Origin: an uncultured Rhodobacterales bacterium
Lineage (GTDB): Bacteria > Pseudomonadota > Alphaproteobacteria > Rhodobacterales > Rhodobacteraceae
Reading direction: 5' to 3'
DNA length: 64,000 nt
Assembly (NCBI GenBank): GCA_963922565.1
Contig: CAWUIQ010000007.1
Location: 29,774 to 93,773, forward strand
Positions 41,308 to 50,748 of the stretch are shown here, in pieces. The notes under the pieces were generated by a model that saw nothing but the letters and a program-made list of their open reading frames with translations, did not search any database and was not told the DNA's origin. Both the position numbers and the translations under genes were made by a program. The number at the start of each line of letters is the position of its first letter. The first letter of the stretch is position 1.

Positions 41308-41651
41308 TGCCGGTCGATGAAGAGCTGAACAACCGCATGCGCGTGGCGCTTGCTGCGCATGCGGGCATCTCCGAAAAACGGATGATGGGCGGCCAATGCT
41401 TTTTCCTGAACGGCCAAATGCTCTGCGGGGCGCGGCGCCATAAGGACGGCGTCGGTCGGTTCATGTTCCGCGTGGGAAAGGCCAGTGAGGATGCGGCTCT
41501 TTGCGATCCGATGGCCCAGCAGGTGATCCACGGGACACGCAAACTCGGCGGTTTCATTCGTGTTGATGCTGGTGATTGCGACGATAATGCGCTGCATCGA
41601 TGGTTAGACCTATGCTTGCAGCATGCCGCAGCCCTTCCAGTCAAACAGTGA
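41307..41651 (+). CDS. TfoX/Sxy N-terminal-domain protein
   Basis: Trimmed to the ATG at 41307 (1-nt overlap with the upstream stop), giving 114 aa with ...EKRMMGGQCFFLNGQMLCG... Confidence 0.7.
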   Translation: MPVDEELNNRMRVALAAHAGISEKRMMGGQCFFLNGQMLCGARRHKDGVGRFMFRVGKASEDAALCDPMAQQVIHGTRKLGGFIRVDAGDCDDNALHRWLDLCLQHAAALPVKQ

Positions 41652-41663
41652 GCGAGGGAAATC

Positions 41664-42323
41664 ATGGAAACGTTTGACCATTTCTCATCTGACGCCTTGC
41701 GCTTTTTGGCTGAGCTCAAAGCAAACAACACCAAGGCATGGTTTGCACAGAGTAAGGCGACCTACGAAACCCACCTGAAATGGCCCGGCAAACAATTCGC
41801 CGAAGACATGGCGATGGCGTTGCGCCACCTCACTGGACAGGACCACGGCAGCAAGATTTTTCGGATACATCGCGATGTGCGTTTTTCAAAGGACAAGACG
41901 CCCTACAACGCGCACCTCCACATTGCTTTCGCGCCGAATGGTCCTTCTGGCCAACCCCCAATGTGGTTCTTCGGGCTGTCGCCCGAGAAACTGTCACTGG
42001 GATGCGGCGTCTTTCAGTACGACAAGGACGCCTTGGTTGCGTTTCGCACGGCCATGGGCGGCCCGAAAGGAGCAGAGCTGATGGGACTCACCGCCACCTT
42101 GCGCGAGAGCGACATCCGCATCGGAGAGCCCGAGTTAAAGCGCGTGCCGTCCGGCTTTGACAAGGACCATCCGCATGGCGAAGCGTTGCGGCGCAAGGGC
42201 TATGCCGCTTGGATCGACATTGGTGATCCTGTCTTTGCGACTCAACCGGATCTCGTGAACCGAACGGTCGCCGAGCTTGGTCGGCTCGAACCCGTTTTCA
42301 AACTGCTTTCTGAGGTTGGCTAG
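41664..42323 (+). CDS. DUF2461 (TIGR02453-like) family protein
   Basis: 219 aa with F..LKANNTKAWF...IFRIHRDVRFSKDKTPYN. Confidence 0.8.
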   Translation: METFDHFSSDALRFLAELKANNTKAWFAQSKATYETHLKWPGKQFAEDMAMALRHLTGQDHGSKIFRIHRDVRFSKDKTPYNAHLHIAFAPNGPSGQPPMWFFGLSPEKLSLGCGVFQYDKDALVAFRTAMGGPKGAELMGLTATLRESDIRIGEPELKRVPSGFDKDHPHGEALRRKGYAAWIDIGDPVFATQPDLVNRTVAELGRLEPVFKLLSEVG

Positions 42324-42752
42324 TTGCAGGTTCTGTCGCCGCGACGGATGTCCGGGATCGATAGCCTTCGACCCATTGTGGCATCCCTTCTCGTTGGTGA
42401 GGTACCGCCCAGCCGCTGTAGCTCTGCATGAACGGCTGTCTAGCTCTCTCTGGGTCGTGCCGCATTTCTCTAAGGTTGAGCAAGATGCAGGCCGTGGAGG
42501 CGGTGCATCTGAAGGCCACATAACTTACGACAGATCCCAGTGTGGCCACGTATTTGCGTTGGCTCGCGAGAAATTCGGCGGTTCAATAGGCCCGGCCGTC
42601 AAAGTGCGTAGTTGTCTAGAAGCATCGTCATTGGTCTGCGCCTAATCACTGCACGGAAGCGCAACCGTCGTTGCAAAACTCCGTAATCCCGCTCCGTCCT
42701 CTGGCATTATGCGCCTTCGACTAATGCCCATCAGTCTGGTAATAATCGCCAC

Positions 42753-43757
42753 ATGCCCTCAAAATCTGCCAATATCGAAGATAGCGACCAGTCCAAGCGC
42801 GTCGTCTTTGTCGTCTATCCCAATATTGTGCTGCTTGATCTGGTGGGGCCCTTGCAGGTCTTTACCCACGTGCTCGATCAGCAGGATCGATCTCCCGGAT
42901 ACGAAACGGCAGTGGTCTCGTTGCGCGGTGGTAGGGTAAGCACGAACACGCTGGTCTCGATCGAAACCGAGCCGATTTCGAGATACCTTGGCAAATCGGT
43001 GCACACACTGGTCGTCGTTGGCGGTGACGGCGCATATACCGAGATGCAAAACAAAGATCTCGTGACCGCCGTGGATGAACTCGCATCGGAGGCAAAACGC
43101 ATTTGTTCCGTTTGCAACGGCGCGTTGATCCTGGCCGCGGCGGGCCTTCTCGATGGCCGCCGCGCCGTCACTCATTGGGAAGACTGCCAACAGCTGGAGG
43201 ATCAGTTCCCCGCAGTCACCGTCGAGCGCGATCCGATTTTCATCAAGGACGGGAACACCTGGACATCCGCCGGGGTCACCGCCGGAATGGATTTGGCGCT
43301 TGCCATCGCTGCCGAGGATTTCGGGCGCGCAGCGGCCTTGGAGCTGGCGAGATCAATGGTCGTTCCGGTGGTCCGTGCGGGAGGACAGTCTCAATTCAGC
43401 CCAATGCTCAGCCAGCAATCAGTCGATGCGAGCGGACGGTTTGATGCGTTGCACGAGTGGATCGCTACGAACCTGACGAAAGACCTGCGGGTTGACGCCC
43501 TCGCTGAGCAGGCAGGCATGAGTGCCCGGAACTTTGCGAGGCACTACACCCGTACGATGAAGACAACACCGGCCAAGAACGTGGAAGCAATCCGTGTGGA
43601 CGTGGCGCGAGGGCTCCTGGAGACCACGGCCGACAGCGTTAAGAAAATCGCCAATCGCTGCGGTTTTAGAGATGATGAGCGGATGAGGCGGGCGTTCATG
43701 CGTCATCTCAAGACGTCACCATCTGGTTATCGGGAGCGATTTCAGGGGCCGTCATAG
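42753..43757 (+). CDS. GlxA-family transcriptional regulator (DJ-1/PfpI domain + AraC HTH)
   Basis: 334 aa. The N-terminal DJ-1-like domain has the ICSVCNGALILA nucleophile-elbow motif. The C-terminal AraC HTH is ...AGMSARNFARHYTR.... Confidence 0.9.
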   Translation: MPSKSANIEDSDQSKRVVFVVYPNIVLLDLVGPLQVFTHVLDQQDRSPGYETAVVSLRGGRVSTNTLVSIETEPISRYLGKSVHTLVVVGGDGAYTEMQNKDLVTAVDELASEAKRICSVCNGALILAAAGLLDGRRAVTHWEDCQQLEDQFPAVTVERDPIFIKDGNTWTSAGVTAGMDLALAIAAEDFGRAAALELARSMVVPVVRAGGQSQFSPMLSQQSVDASGRFDALHEWIATNLTKDLRVDALAEQAGMSARNFARHYTRTMKTTPAKNVEAIRVDVARGLLETTADSVKKIANRCGFRDDERMRRAFMRHLKTSPSGYRERFQGPS

Positions 43758-43861
43758 GCGTCGGCACAGTTTGGCAGAATCCGAGGTCATGTTGGCATTC
43801 GAGCCGAAGTCCTTTCAGCTTAATAGCATGGGCAATCAATGCGCCGCCGAAAGGATCCGAC

Positions 43862-44473
43862 ATGAAGACACTCGCCGCCCTTGTCTTTCCCGGTTTTCAA
43901 ACGCTCGACCTTTACGGGCCGATCGAGATGCTTGGTGATCACGATGTCGGGTCGGTCGATATCAAGATCGTTGCTGAAACGCGCGATCCGGTGCCCAGCT
44001 ACCACCAAACGCGAACTGCGGTCGACCGGACACTCGCCGATGGGGCTGACTATGATCTGCTGCTCATCCCCGGCGGGGACAGCGCGCCGCTTGATCCCAG
44101 GAACGAGGCGATCAACCAATGGATCGTGGATGTCTCCGGAAACGCGGAATACGTGATGGCCGTCTGCACCGGCACTGTTCTGCTGGCATCGACTGGCCTT
44201 CTTGATGGACGTCGCGCCACGACAAATAAGAAAGACTACAGGGCTACTATACATCATGGTCCAAACGTGAATTGGGTCCCGCAGGCTCGATGGGTCGAGG
44301 ACGGGAAGTTTTTCACTTCTTCGGGTGTGTCAGCCGGTATGGATATGAGCCTTGCGGTCATGGAGAAGCTGTTTGGATCAGATGCCGCTGAAGCAATCTC
44401 GGTCGGGGCCGAGTATGAGTGGCATAGGGACCCTTCATGGGATCCATTTGCCAAAATGGCGGGACTTGTTTGA
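43862..44473 (+). CDS. DJ-1/PfpI-family protein
   Basis: 203 aa with ...YVMAVCTGTVLLASTGLLDGRRATT... Confidence 0.9.
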   Translation: MKTLAALVFPGFQTLDLYGPIEMLGDHDVGSVDIKIVAETRDPVPSYHQTRTAVDRTLADGADYDLLLIPGGDSAPLDPRNEAINQWIVDVSGNAEYVMAVCTGTVLLASTGLLDGRRATTNKKDYRATIHHGPNVNWVPQARWVEDGKFFTSSGVSAGMDMSLAVMEKLFGSDAAEAISVGAEYEWHRDPSWDPFAKMAGLV

Positions 44474-44634
44474 TTGCAATGAGCGGAGGCATGGACGGGT
44501 TCTGCCCCAAGGCGGCCCAAACGAGGCAACTGCTCATCTGCTCCACCGCGGCGGTGCATTCCGATGACGAAAACCATCCGGCGCATATGGATTCGGATGG
44601 CACGGTCTCTTGCGCCATCCGAGGTGTCACTCAC

Positions 44635-46503
44635 TCAGAAGATGAAATCGTCTTCGGTGATCTGATCAACGGTCGTGTTCTGAACAAGAACCGTGTTGCC
44701 CAGATCCAAGGTCAACAGAACGTCATTACCCTGCTGGGCGACACCAATGTCCCCCAACCCGGAGAAGCCAAAGTCGCTGACGTCGAACCGATCCCGGTTA
44801 TTCTGGAAATCGGTGACAACATCTTCGCTGATCGCTTCGGAGATCTCGGAGAACACGAATACGTCCGACCCACCATTGCCGGTGAATTCGTCGTTCCCCT
44901 CGCCACCCTTGAGCTTATCTGATCGGCGGCCACCGATGAGCGTGTCGTCACCTGCACCGCCATCGACCAAGCCGTTCACGCGCCCGGATGAACCGTCAAA
45001 GGTATCGTCACCCTCCGAAAGCACCACGTTTCCGACAATGAGGCCCTTGTTGAGCACTTTGACATCACCGCCCGCGTCGCTGGCATCGATTGCGATTTCA
45101 TTGGCGACGATCCGACCATGGTTGACGATTTCTCCGGCCAGGCTGACGCCGTCCTCGATCCGAATACCAACAGCGGCATCGCTGTCATTGGTCGCGAGGA
45201 TGCGGCCGTGGTTGACAACATCGCCGACAAAGATCGCGTCTTCGACCCCGCTGAAGATCCGGACCCCATCACCGATGTCGTTTCCTTCCGTCGAGTCGCC
45301 GCGACCCCGGATCAGACCGTAGTTCTCTAAATGGGCTGTAACCGCATCGCCATTCTCGTCACCGGTCTGCAGAGAAACGGCAGAGCCGTCGTTGCCCCGC
45401 CCGGCGTCGATGAGGCCGGACTTGTGATTGACGATCTTGTAGTTGTCGGCCGTCCCGTCGGCATAGACCGTGCCGTTCCGCTGATCGTCGGTGCCGGTGA
45501 TGCGCCCGTAGTTTTCAAGCTCGACACCTGAACCGTCGATATTCACGGCGCGGCTGTCGCTTTGAATTCGACCTTCGTTGACGATATGTGCGCTGTGCAA
45601 AGCGTTGCCGAAGTACAAGCCATCGGTTTCACCAAAGATCCGGCCGGTGTTGAGAACCTTGCCGTGAAAGCCCAGCCCGTCCGAAACCTCGATACCACGC
45701 GCGCTGTTCGAAATGATCTGCCCGTCGTTTTTGAGATCACCCTTGAAGGATGTCCCGCCGCCTTCGACACCGGAGAACAGACGAATGCCGTCACCGTTCG
45801 TGTTCAGGCCTTCGGGCGCCTCGCCGCGGCCGACAATGCGGCCATAGTTTTCGATCGTGGCCTCAACAGCCTCACCGGTTTCATCGCCCAGTTCGAACGA
45901 AACGCCGGCGCCATTGTTGCCGCGACCGGCATCGATCAGCCCCTCTTCATAGTTGATGACCGTGATGTCCTCGGCCTCGTTGTCGGCGTAGATCGTGCCG
46001 TTCCGCTGATCGCCGGTTCCCAGGATTGCACCGTAGTTCAGCACGGTTGCGCCTGATCCCAGGATATCGACGGCCCGACTGTCGCTCGTGACCTTCCCGA
46101 AGTTGGCGAGAACGCCGCTATCACCCGTCAGGCGCACGCCGTTCAGGCCGCCAGAGATAGCGCCTGCATTCAGGATGAGGGCGTTGTCACCGCTCCCGTC
46201 GACGCCGTCTTGTTCGCCTTTGACGGCCCCCCCAGGGAAAACGGCCAACAGGCCATCGTCACCTGAGATGTCCACGGCCGGCGTGGTACCATCGGCCTGC
46301 GCCTTGCCGTAGACGAGGAAGTTGGCGTCGTCGTCGTCCAGCGTAACAACCGGGTCGTTCTTGACCGAGGTTTTGTCGCCCGGCCCCAAGACCAGCGTCG
46401 ACCCGGGACCATCGCTGTTTCGGGGCTGGTTATCTCCGCCAGGAATGATCGTGACGTCGAATGCGTCGAGAAGTTTTGAAACGAATTCGTTTGGCAATGG
46501 CAT
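44635..46503 (-). CDS. secreted RTX-type calcium-binding protein with a beta-helix-like repeat body
   Basis: 622 aa with no Sec signal. It is Gly/Asp/Asn-rich. The nonapeptide repeats GGAGDDTLIGG and GGEGNDEFTGNGGSD lie near the C-terminus, and the acidic tail ends ...ITEDDFIF, which is typical of type I secretion substrates. Confidence 0.85.
   Translation of the reverse strand: MPLPNEFVSKLLDAFDVTIIPGGDNQPRNSDGPGSTLVLGPGDKTSVKNDPVVTLDDDDANFLVYGKAQADGTTPAVDISGDDGLLAVFPGGAVKGEQDGVDGSGDNALILNAGAISGGLNGVRLTGDSGVLANFGKVTSDSRAVDILGSGATVLNYGAILGTGDQRNGTIYADNEAEDITVINYEEGLIDAGRGNNGAGVSFELGDETGEAVEATIENYGRIVGRGEAPEGLNTNGDGIRLFSGVEGGGTSFKGDLKNDGQIISNSARGIEVSDGLGFHGKVLNTGRIFGETDGLYFGNALHSAHIVNEGRIQSDSRAVNIDGSGVELENYGRITGTDDQRNGTVYADGTADNYKIVNHKSGLIDAGRGNDGSAVSLQTGDENGDAVTAHLENYGLIRGRGDSTEGNDIGDGVRIFSGVEDAIFVGDVVNHGRILATNDSDAAVGIRIEDGVSLAGEIVNHGRIVANEIAIDASDAGGDVKVLNKGLIVGNVVLSEGDDTFDGSSGRVNGLVDGGAGDDTLIGGRRSDKLKGGEGNDEFTGNGGSDVFVFSEISEAISEDVVTDFQNNRDRFDVSDFGFSGLGDIGVAQQGNDVLLTLDLGNTVLVQNTTVDQITEDDFIF
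45094..46086 (-). repeat. intragenic tandem duplication (two modules of about 175 codons) inside the RTX gene
   Basis: Residues about 140-314 and 315-470 align (SDSRAVDILGSGATVLNYG...QRNGTIYAD...GLIDAGRGNNGAGVS...ENYGRIVGRG versus SDSRAVNIDGSGVELENYG...QRNGTVYAD...GLIDAGRGNDGSAVS...ENYGLIRGRG). The identical 19-mer CGTGCCGTTCCGCTGATCG occurs at 45469-45487 and 45994-46012, an offset of exactly 525 nt. Confidence 0.8.
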
Positions 46504-46730
46504 GTCATGTTCCTCTCAAATGGATCCAAATGGAAAGAACCGTTCTTCGCTGACCGGCTCATCTATCGGACTAAGGGAGGAACGGGACAGAGCGTGAGAG
46601 CCAGCCTTGCAGGGGGCCTATTCACTTCTGTCGGTGGAACAATCAGGGAAGAGTACAGACAATTCTGGCGACCGTTGGGGTCGCCAGTACCATTCTCTAA
46701 TGTCGGGACTTTGTGCCTGTTGGTCTTAAG

Positions 46731-47633
46731 TCAGGCCACTTGCCGCAGCGCAGCGGGTGCCGCGAAGGTGCGCTTGGCTGCGTTTTCAGTGAACTTCTTT
46801 ATCGTGACAACACGCGGACAGTTCCGAAGATCCTGTCTGGTGAGCAACCAGACCGGAACCCGCACCTCGAACACCGCTTCCTCAATGCGCATCAGGTCAG
46901 ATCCTTCCCCGACCAGATACGGCGGCAGGGGTACGATCCCCATGCCCGCCTCAGCCGCGTTGACTTGGGCCATCAGGCTATCGCAGGCGACGGCCGTTTC
47001 GGCATCATTGGTCAAATCCTGCAGCACGCGGTTCTGGTCCACATTCTCAAGCCGACCTGTGCCTCTGATGATCAGATGCTTTGACAATTCTTCGGGATGT
47101 TGCGGTATCGGATACTTCGCGAAATACGACCGGGACCCATAAAGATGAAACGGCACGCTCGCGACTTTCTTGCCGATGAGGTTTTCGTCAGTCGGATCCC
47201 CCATACGAAGCGCAAGATCGGCATCTCCTGCAGAGAGATTAAGCATCTCGATCGACAACATCAGTTGAATGTCGAGTTCCGGGTGCTGCCGTTTGATGTT
47301 CCGAAGCCGGGGTACCAGCCAATGTGCCCCCAAACCTTCCGGCGCCGTTAGCCTGACGTGACCGCCAACCTGATCGCCTGCGGCAGCGATACGATCCGAA
47401 ATACAACGCGCCGCTCCGGCCATCTGCTCGGCCTTGTCGTATATCGCATGCCCCAAATCGGTCAGTTCGTAACCTTGGTTCAAACGGTTGAACAAGCGTG
47501 CACCAAGGTCGTTTTCAAGGTCCTTTATGCGTCGGCCTACTGTCGGTTGGGAAACACGCAAAACACGGGCGGCCTGGGTCAGGCTCCCTGCCTTTGCAAC
47601 CGCATGAAAGAATCTTACCTCGTCCCAGTTCAT
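46731..47633 (-). CDS. LysR-family transcriptional regulator
   Basis: Trimmed to the ATG at 47633 (MNWDEVRFFHAVAKAGSLTQAARVLRVSQPTVGRRIKDLENDLG), giving 300 aa. Confidence 0.9.
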   Translation of the reverse strand: MNWDEVRFFHAVAKAGSLTQAARVLRVSQPTVGRRIKDLENDLGARLFNRLNQGYELTDLGHAIYDKAEQMAGAARCISDRIAAAGDQVGGHVRLTAPEGLGAHWLVPRLRNIKRQHPELDIQLMLSIEMLNLSAGDADLALRMGDPTDENLIGKKVASVPFHLYGSRSYFAKYPIPQHPEELSKHLIIRGTGRLENVDQNRVLQDLTNDAETAVACDSLMAQVNAAEAGMGIVPLPPYLVGEGSDLMRIEEAVFEVRVPVWLLTRQDLRNCPRVVTIKKFTENAAKRTFAAPAALRQVA

Positions 47634-47849
47634 GACGTTTCTCCGCTCAAAAATGTCATTGGCTGCCGGGTGTCGAAATCCGGTTTTCCGCTTTGTGCTG
47701 TCAAAATTGATAAATCCTGCCCGACCGAGGCACTTGTGACGTCGGTCACGGCTCACGCTTTTGTGTGCCAGATGCCTTCGGATCCGCGGTTCTAACTTCT
47801 TTGATCCGTTCCGGTCGTCAGTTTGGGTAATGCCAGCGCTGTTTGTGTT

Positions 47850-48971
47850 TCAGGCAGTGTGGAGGTTCCAACTCGTCCAGGCGGACGTTGAAAGACCCGC
47901 TATCGCCTTGGTCCAAGCCTGAACCATCAAATTGCGCGATGCGTCCGGGGTAATCTGGGACAAAGTCTCCGTCTGTCCTGAGGCGAAGAGATCGATCACC
48001 GCTTGTTGCACTGCTCGGTTGCGAGGAAGGGCGCCATGAGCCACCCCCGGTGCATACCATCTTGCGACGCCGGCAAGATGGCTGGTCTGCCAGGGTACGC
48101 GGCCATCGCCTGCGCCAGTGGTCAGGATGTGCAAGCCGGATGCCGTGGCCTTCAGGCCGATCGGCGTTGCGGCAGCCTGGCCAGAGATCATCACTATGCG
48201 CCCTGCATCCTCTTTCCGCAGAATCATGTCCTGTCTCAGGGTCTGCGCGGCTTGAAGCGCCTCCTTTGGTGGAGGTGTCCACCCGGCTGGCGTTGCTGCT
48301 TCCAGTGGCTCCCATGAATGCGGCTGCAGATAGTCCGTGCCCCAACCGGAGGGCAGCAGCTCAAGAAACCCGGGCAGTTGGCCGAGCAAGGCAAGCGTTG
48401 ATGCGGCGGCTCTTGATCCAACACAGGTCCGCAACGTCCTGATCAAAGGACCATGCCCAAGCAGAGTCCGCACAATCGACATTGAGCCGCCATTGGGTGT
48501 CCCGAGCATCGTCAGCAGCGCACCGGATTTGGCATTGCACAAACGTTCCCACGTGTCGCGATGCCGCGCGATCATGACTCGGGCAAGCATCCCGCCCATT
48601 GAATGGCCGAGCAAACGAATGGGTTGGTCCGATCCTTTCAGTCTGGACAATACCAGCCGGACAGCTTGATCGAGATGACGCGCCTCATCGGCCAGAGAGC
48701 GGCGCCAATCATAGGCAAACTCGATGACATCAGCTGTTTGGCGCAAGCGGGCTGACAGCGCGGTGTAGGGTCCGTTCACCAGACCCAATGGCAGAATGCC
48801 GGGACGATCAATAGCGAGGTGTGTCGCTCCACTCGCAATGAGGCTGAGCGGCGATGGCCAGACCTCGCGCCGGTCGCAAACCAGCCGGCTGCCCATCAAT
48901 CCGGGCAGCAAAAACACGACAGGCCGCTTGCCCGAAATGGCTTGAATTTGTGAATAAATATCTTGCCGCAT
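47850..48971 (-). CDS. alpha/beta hydrolase, LCAT/PGAP1-like lipase-esterase family
   Basis: PVVFLLPGLMGSRL near the N-terminus and the nucleophile elbow GHSMGG. The C-terminal half (about 180 aa) matches no family I recognise. The start is ATG 48971 or GTG 48986. Confidence 0.65.
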   Translation of the reverse strand: MRQDIYSQIQAISGKRPVVFLLPGLMGSRLVCDRREVWPSPLSLIASGATHLAIDRPGILPLGLVNGPYTALSARLRQTADVIEFAYDWRRSLADEARHLDQAVRLVLSRLKGSDQPIRLLGHSMGGMLARVMIARHRDTWERLCNAKSGALLTMLGTPNGGSMSIVRTLLGHGPLIRTLRTCVGSRAAASTLALLGQLPGFLELLPSGWGTDYLQPHSWEPLEAATPAGWTPPPKEALQAAQTLRQDMILRKEDAGRIVMISGQAAATPIGLKATASGLHILTTGAGDGRVPWQTSHLAGVARWYAPGVAHGALPRNRAVQQAVIDLFASGQTETLSQITPDASRNLMVQAWTKAIAGLSTSAWTSWNLHTA

Positions 48972-49493
48972 CAATCCCGGCCCCACTTTTTACAATCACT
49001 GCGCCGCCAGATGGCGGCAGGCGCCGGACAGTCGGAGCAAACTCCAACCATCCGGTTACCGTTCAACACGGGACCAAGTACCCAATCGCCTGATGCTCGC
49101 CAGGGAGCCGAAACCGATTCACGTCCAAAGACGCTGCCCCGGGAATTGAGGCCACTCACGGAATATGCCTGTAATTGGCTTTCGGTTCCGACGCCCTGGT
49201 TCCTTTTGAGCGTGACTTAACCTTTGGTCAGCCAAGGCCCCAAAAACAGCTCGTGAGGGTGATTTGCGGGAAAATTTGCGATTTTTTAACGATTAATAAC
49301 GCTGGCCGTCTTTGCTGACGCCGTGTTGCGGCAAATCGGCGGTGGCAAACTGGCGAAATCGTTAACAAACTCGGTCCAGCGTTCGACGGCAATGGCCAGC
49401 TGCTCCCAAACGTCATCGTGTTTCGGAAGGCCAAGGTTCTATGCCGCGCCCAAGCGCCGCCAGTGTTGACCCGATTTAGTCGTCGGGCCGGGG

Positions 49494-50564
49494 CTATGCT
49501 TCGATTATGGCCGAAAGGATCGCCGCCTCTGCGTCCTTGGTGTCCGCCGTGCCGGCCAGATCCCGCGTCCGCGTGTCCGCCCGTTCTATGCTGCGTTCGA
49601 TAGCTTGGATCAGGACGTCGGCCGCTTGGGTTTCGCCCAGATGGTCGAGCATCATCGAGGCGCTCCAGACCGCAGCGATCGGGTTTGCCACCCCTTTCCC
49701 GGCGATATCGGGTGCCGATCCGTGAACTGGTTCGAACATCGAAGGGTGCGTGCGTTCCGGATTGATGTTGGCCGAGGGCGCGATCCCGATGGAGCCTGCG
49801 ACGGCCGGACCCAGATCCGACAGGATATCGCCGAAGAGGTTGGATCCGACGACCACATCAAACCAATCGGGGTGCTGAACGAAATGGGCCGTAAGGATAT
49901 CGATATGAAACTGGTTGGTTTCGATATCCGGATGCCGGGCCGATGCTGCCGCGAAGCGTTCGTCCCAGAATGGCATGGTGTGCACGATACCGTTCGATTT
50001 AGTGGCCGAGGTGACAAGCCGCCGGGGACGGGTCGCTGCCAGCTCAAAGGCATAGTCCATGATCCTATCGACGCCGCGCCGGGTAAAGATCGCCTCTTGG
50101 ATCGCGACCTCGTGATCGGTGCCGTGGTAAAGCCGTCCGCCTGCCTCAGAGTATTCGCCCTCAACGTTTTCGCGCACGACGATGAAATCGATGTCTTCGG
50201 GACCACGGCCTGCAAGCGGGCTTTGCACCCCGCGAAGCAGGCGGACCGGCCGGATATTGGCGTATTGATCCATCTGCCGCCTGATCGGAATGAGCAATCC
50301 CCAAAGCGAGACGTGATCGGGCACCCCGGGCCATCCGACAGCGCCGAGATAGATCGCGTCGTGGGCGCCCAGGCGGTCCATCGCGTCGTCGGGCATCATT
50401 GCGCCGGTTTCCTCGTATCGCTTGCAGGACCAGTCAAAAACTTCCCACTCGACCGCAAAGCCAAACTTGTCGGCAACCGCCTCGACGGCCCGCTGCCCGA
50501 CAGGAATGACCTCTGTCCCGATCCCGTCTCCGGGAATGGTCGCGATACTGTAACGATTGGTCAT
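49494..50564 (-). CDS. tartrate dehydrogenase/decarboxylase (isocitrate/isopropylmalate dehydrogenase family)
   Basis: 356 aa with IATIPGDGIGTEV...IDFIVVRENVEGEYS...NLFGDILSDL. Confidence 0.85.
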   Translation of the reverse strand: MTNRYSIATIPGDGIGTEVIPVGQRAVEAVADKFGFAVEWEVFDWSCKRYEETGAMMPDDAMDRLGAHDAIYLGAVGWPGVPDHVSLWGLLIPIRRQMDQYANIRPVRLLRGVQSPLAGRGPEDIDFIVVRENVEGEYSEAGGRLYHGTDHEVAIQEAIFTRRGVDRIMDYAFELAATRPRRLVTSATKSNGIVHTMPFWDERFAAASARHPDIETNQFHIDILTAHFVQHPDWFDVVVGSNLFGDILSDLGPAVAGSIGIAPSANINPERTHPSMFEPVHGSAPDIAGKGVANPIAAVWSASMMLDHLGETQAADVLIQAIERSIERADTRTRDLAGTADTKDAEAAILSAIIEA

Positions 50565-50610
50565 TGGAACATTTCTCCGGAAAGGTCGTTGAGTACTGGA
50601 TAGACCGTGG

Positions 50611-50626
50611 TTGCATATGCAATTGC
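50611..50626. promoter_or_regulatory. overlapping palindromes TTGCATATGCAA / GCAATTGC upstream of the tartrate dehydrogenase gene
   Basis: A perfect 12-bp palindrome (50611-50622) overlaps a perfect 8-bp palindrome (50619-50626), 47-62 nt upstream of the start at 50564. It is operator-like; the regulator is unknown. Confidence 0.3.
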
Positions 50627-50659
50627 AGTTGGCTTGCGTGCTTAAGCCGACCGCCCGTC

Positions 50660-50686
50660 TAGATCGTGATTAGATCGTCAAAATCC
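50660..50686 (+). promoter_or_regulatory. direct-repeat element TAGATCGT-GAT-TAGATCGT-CAAAATCC upstream of the S8 peptidase gene
   Basis: Two identical octamers have an 11-bp period, and the element ends 62 nt before the ATG at 50749. It is 22/27 identical to the element at 55172-55198 on the other strand. Confidence 0.5.
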
Positions 50687-50748
50687 CCCAGCTTTCATTG
50701 ACCTGAACGGTAAACAGATGGTTGCCTGCAGGAAAGGGGGACTGATCT

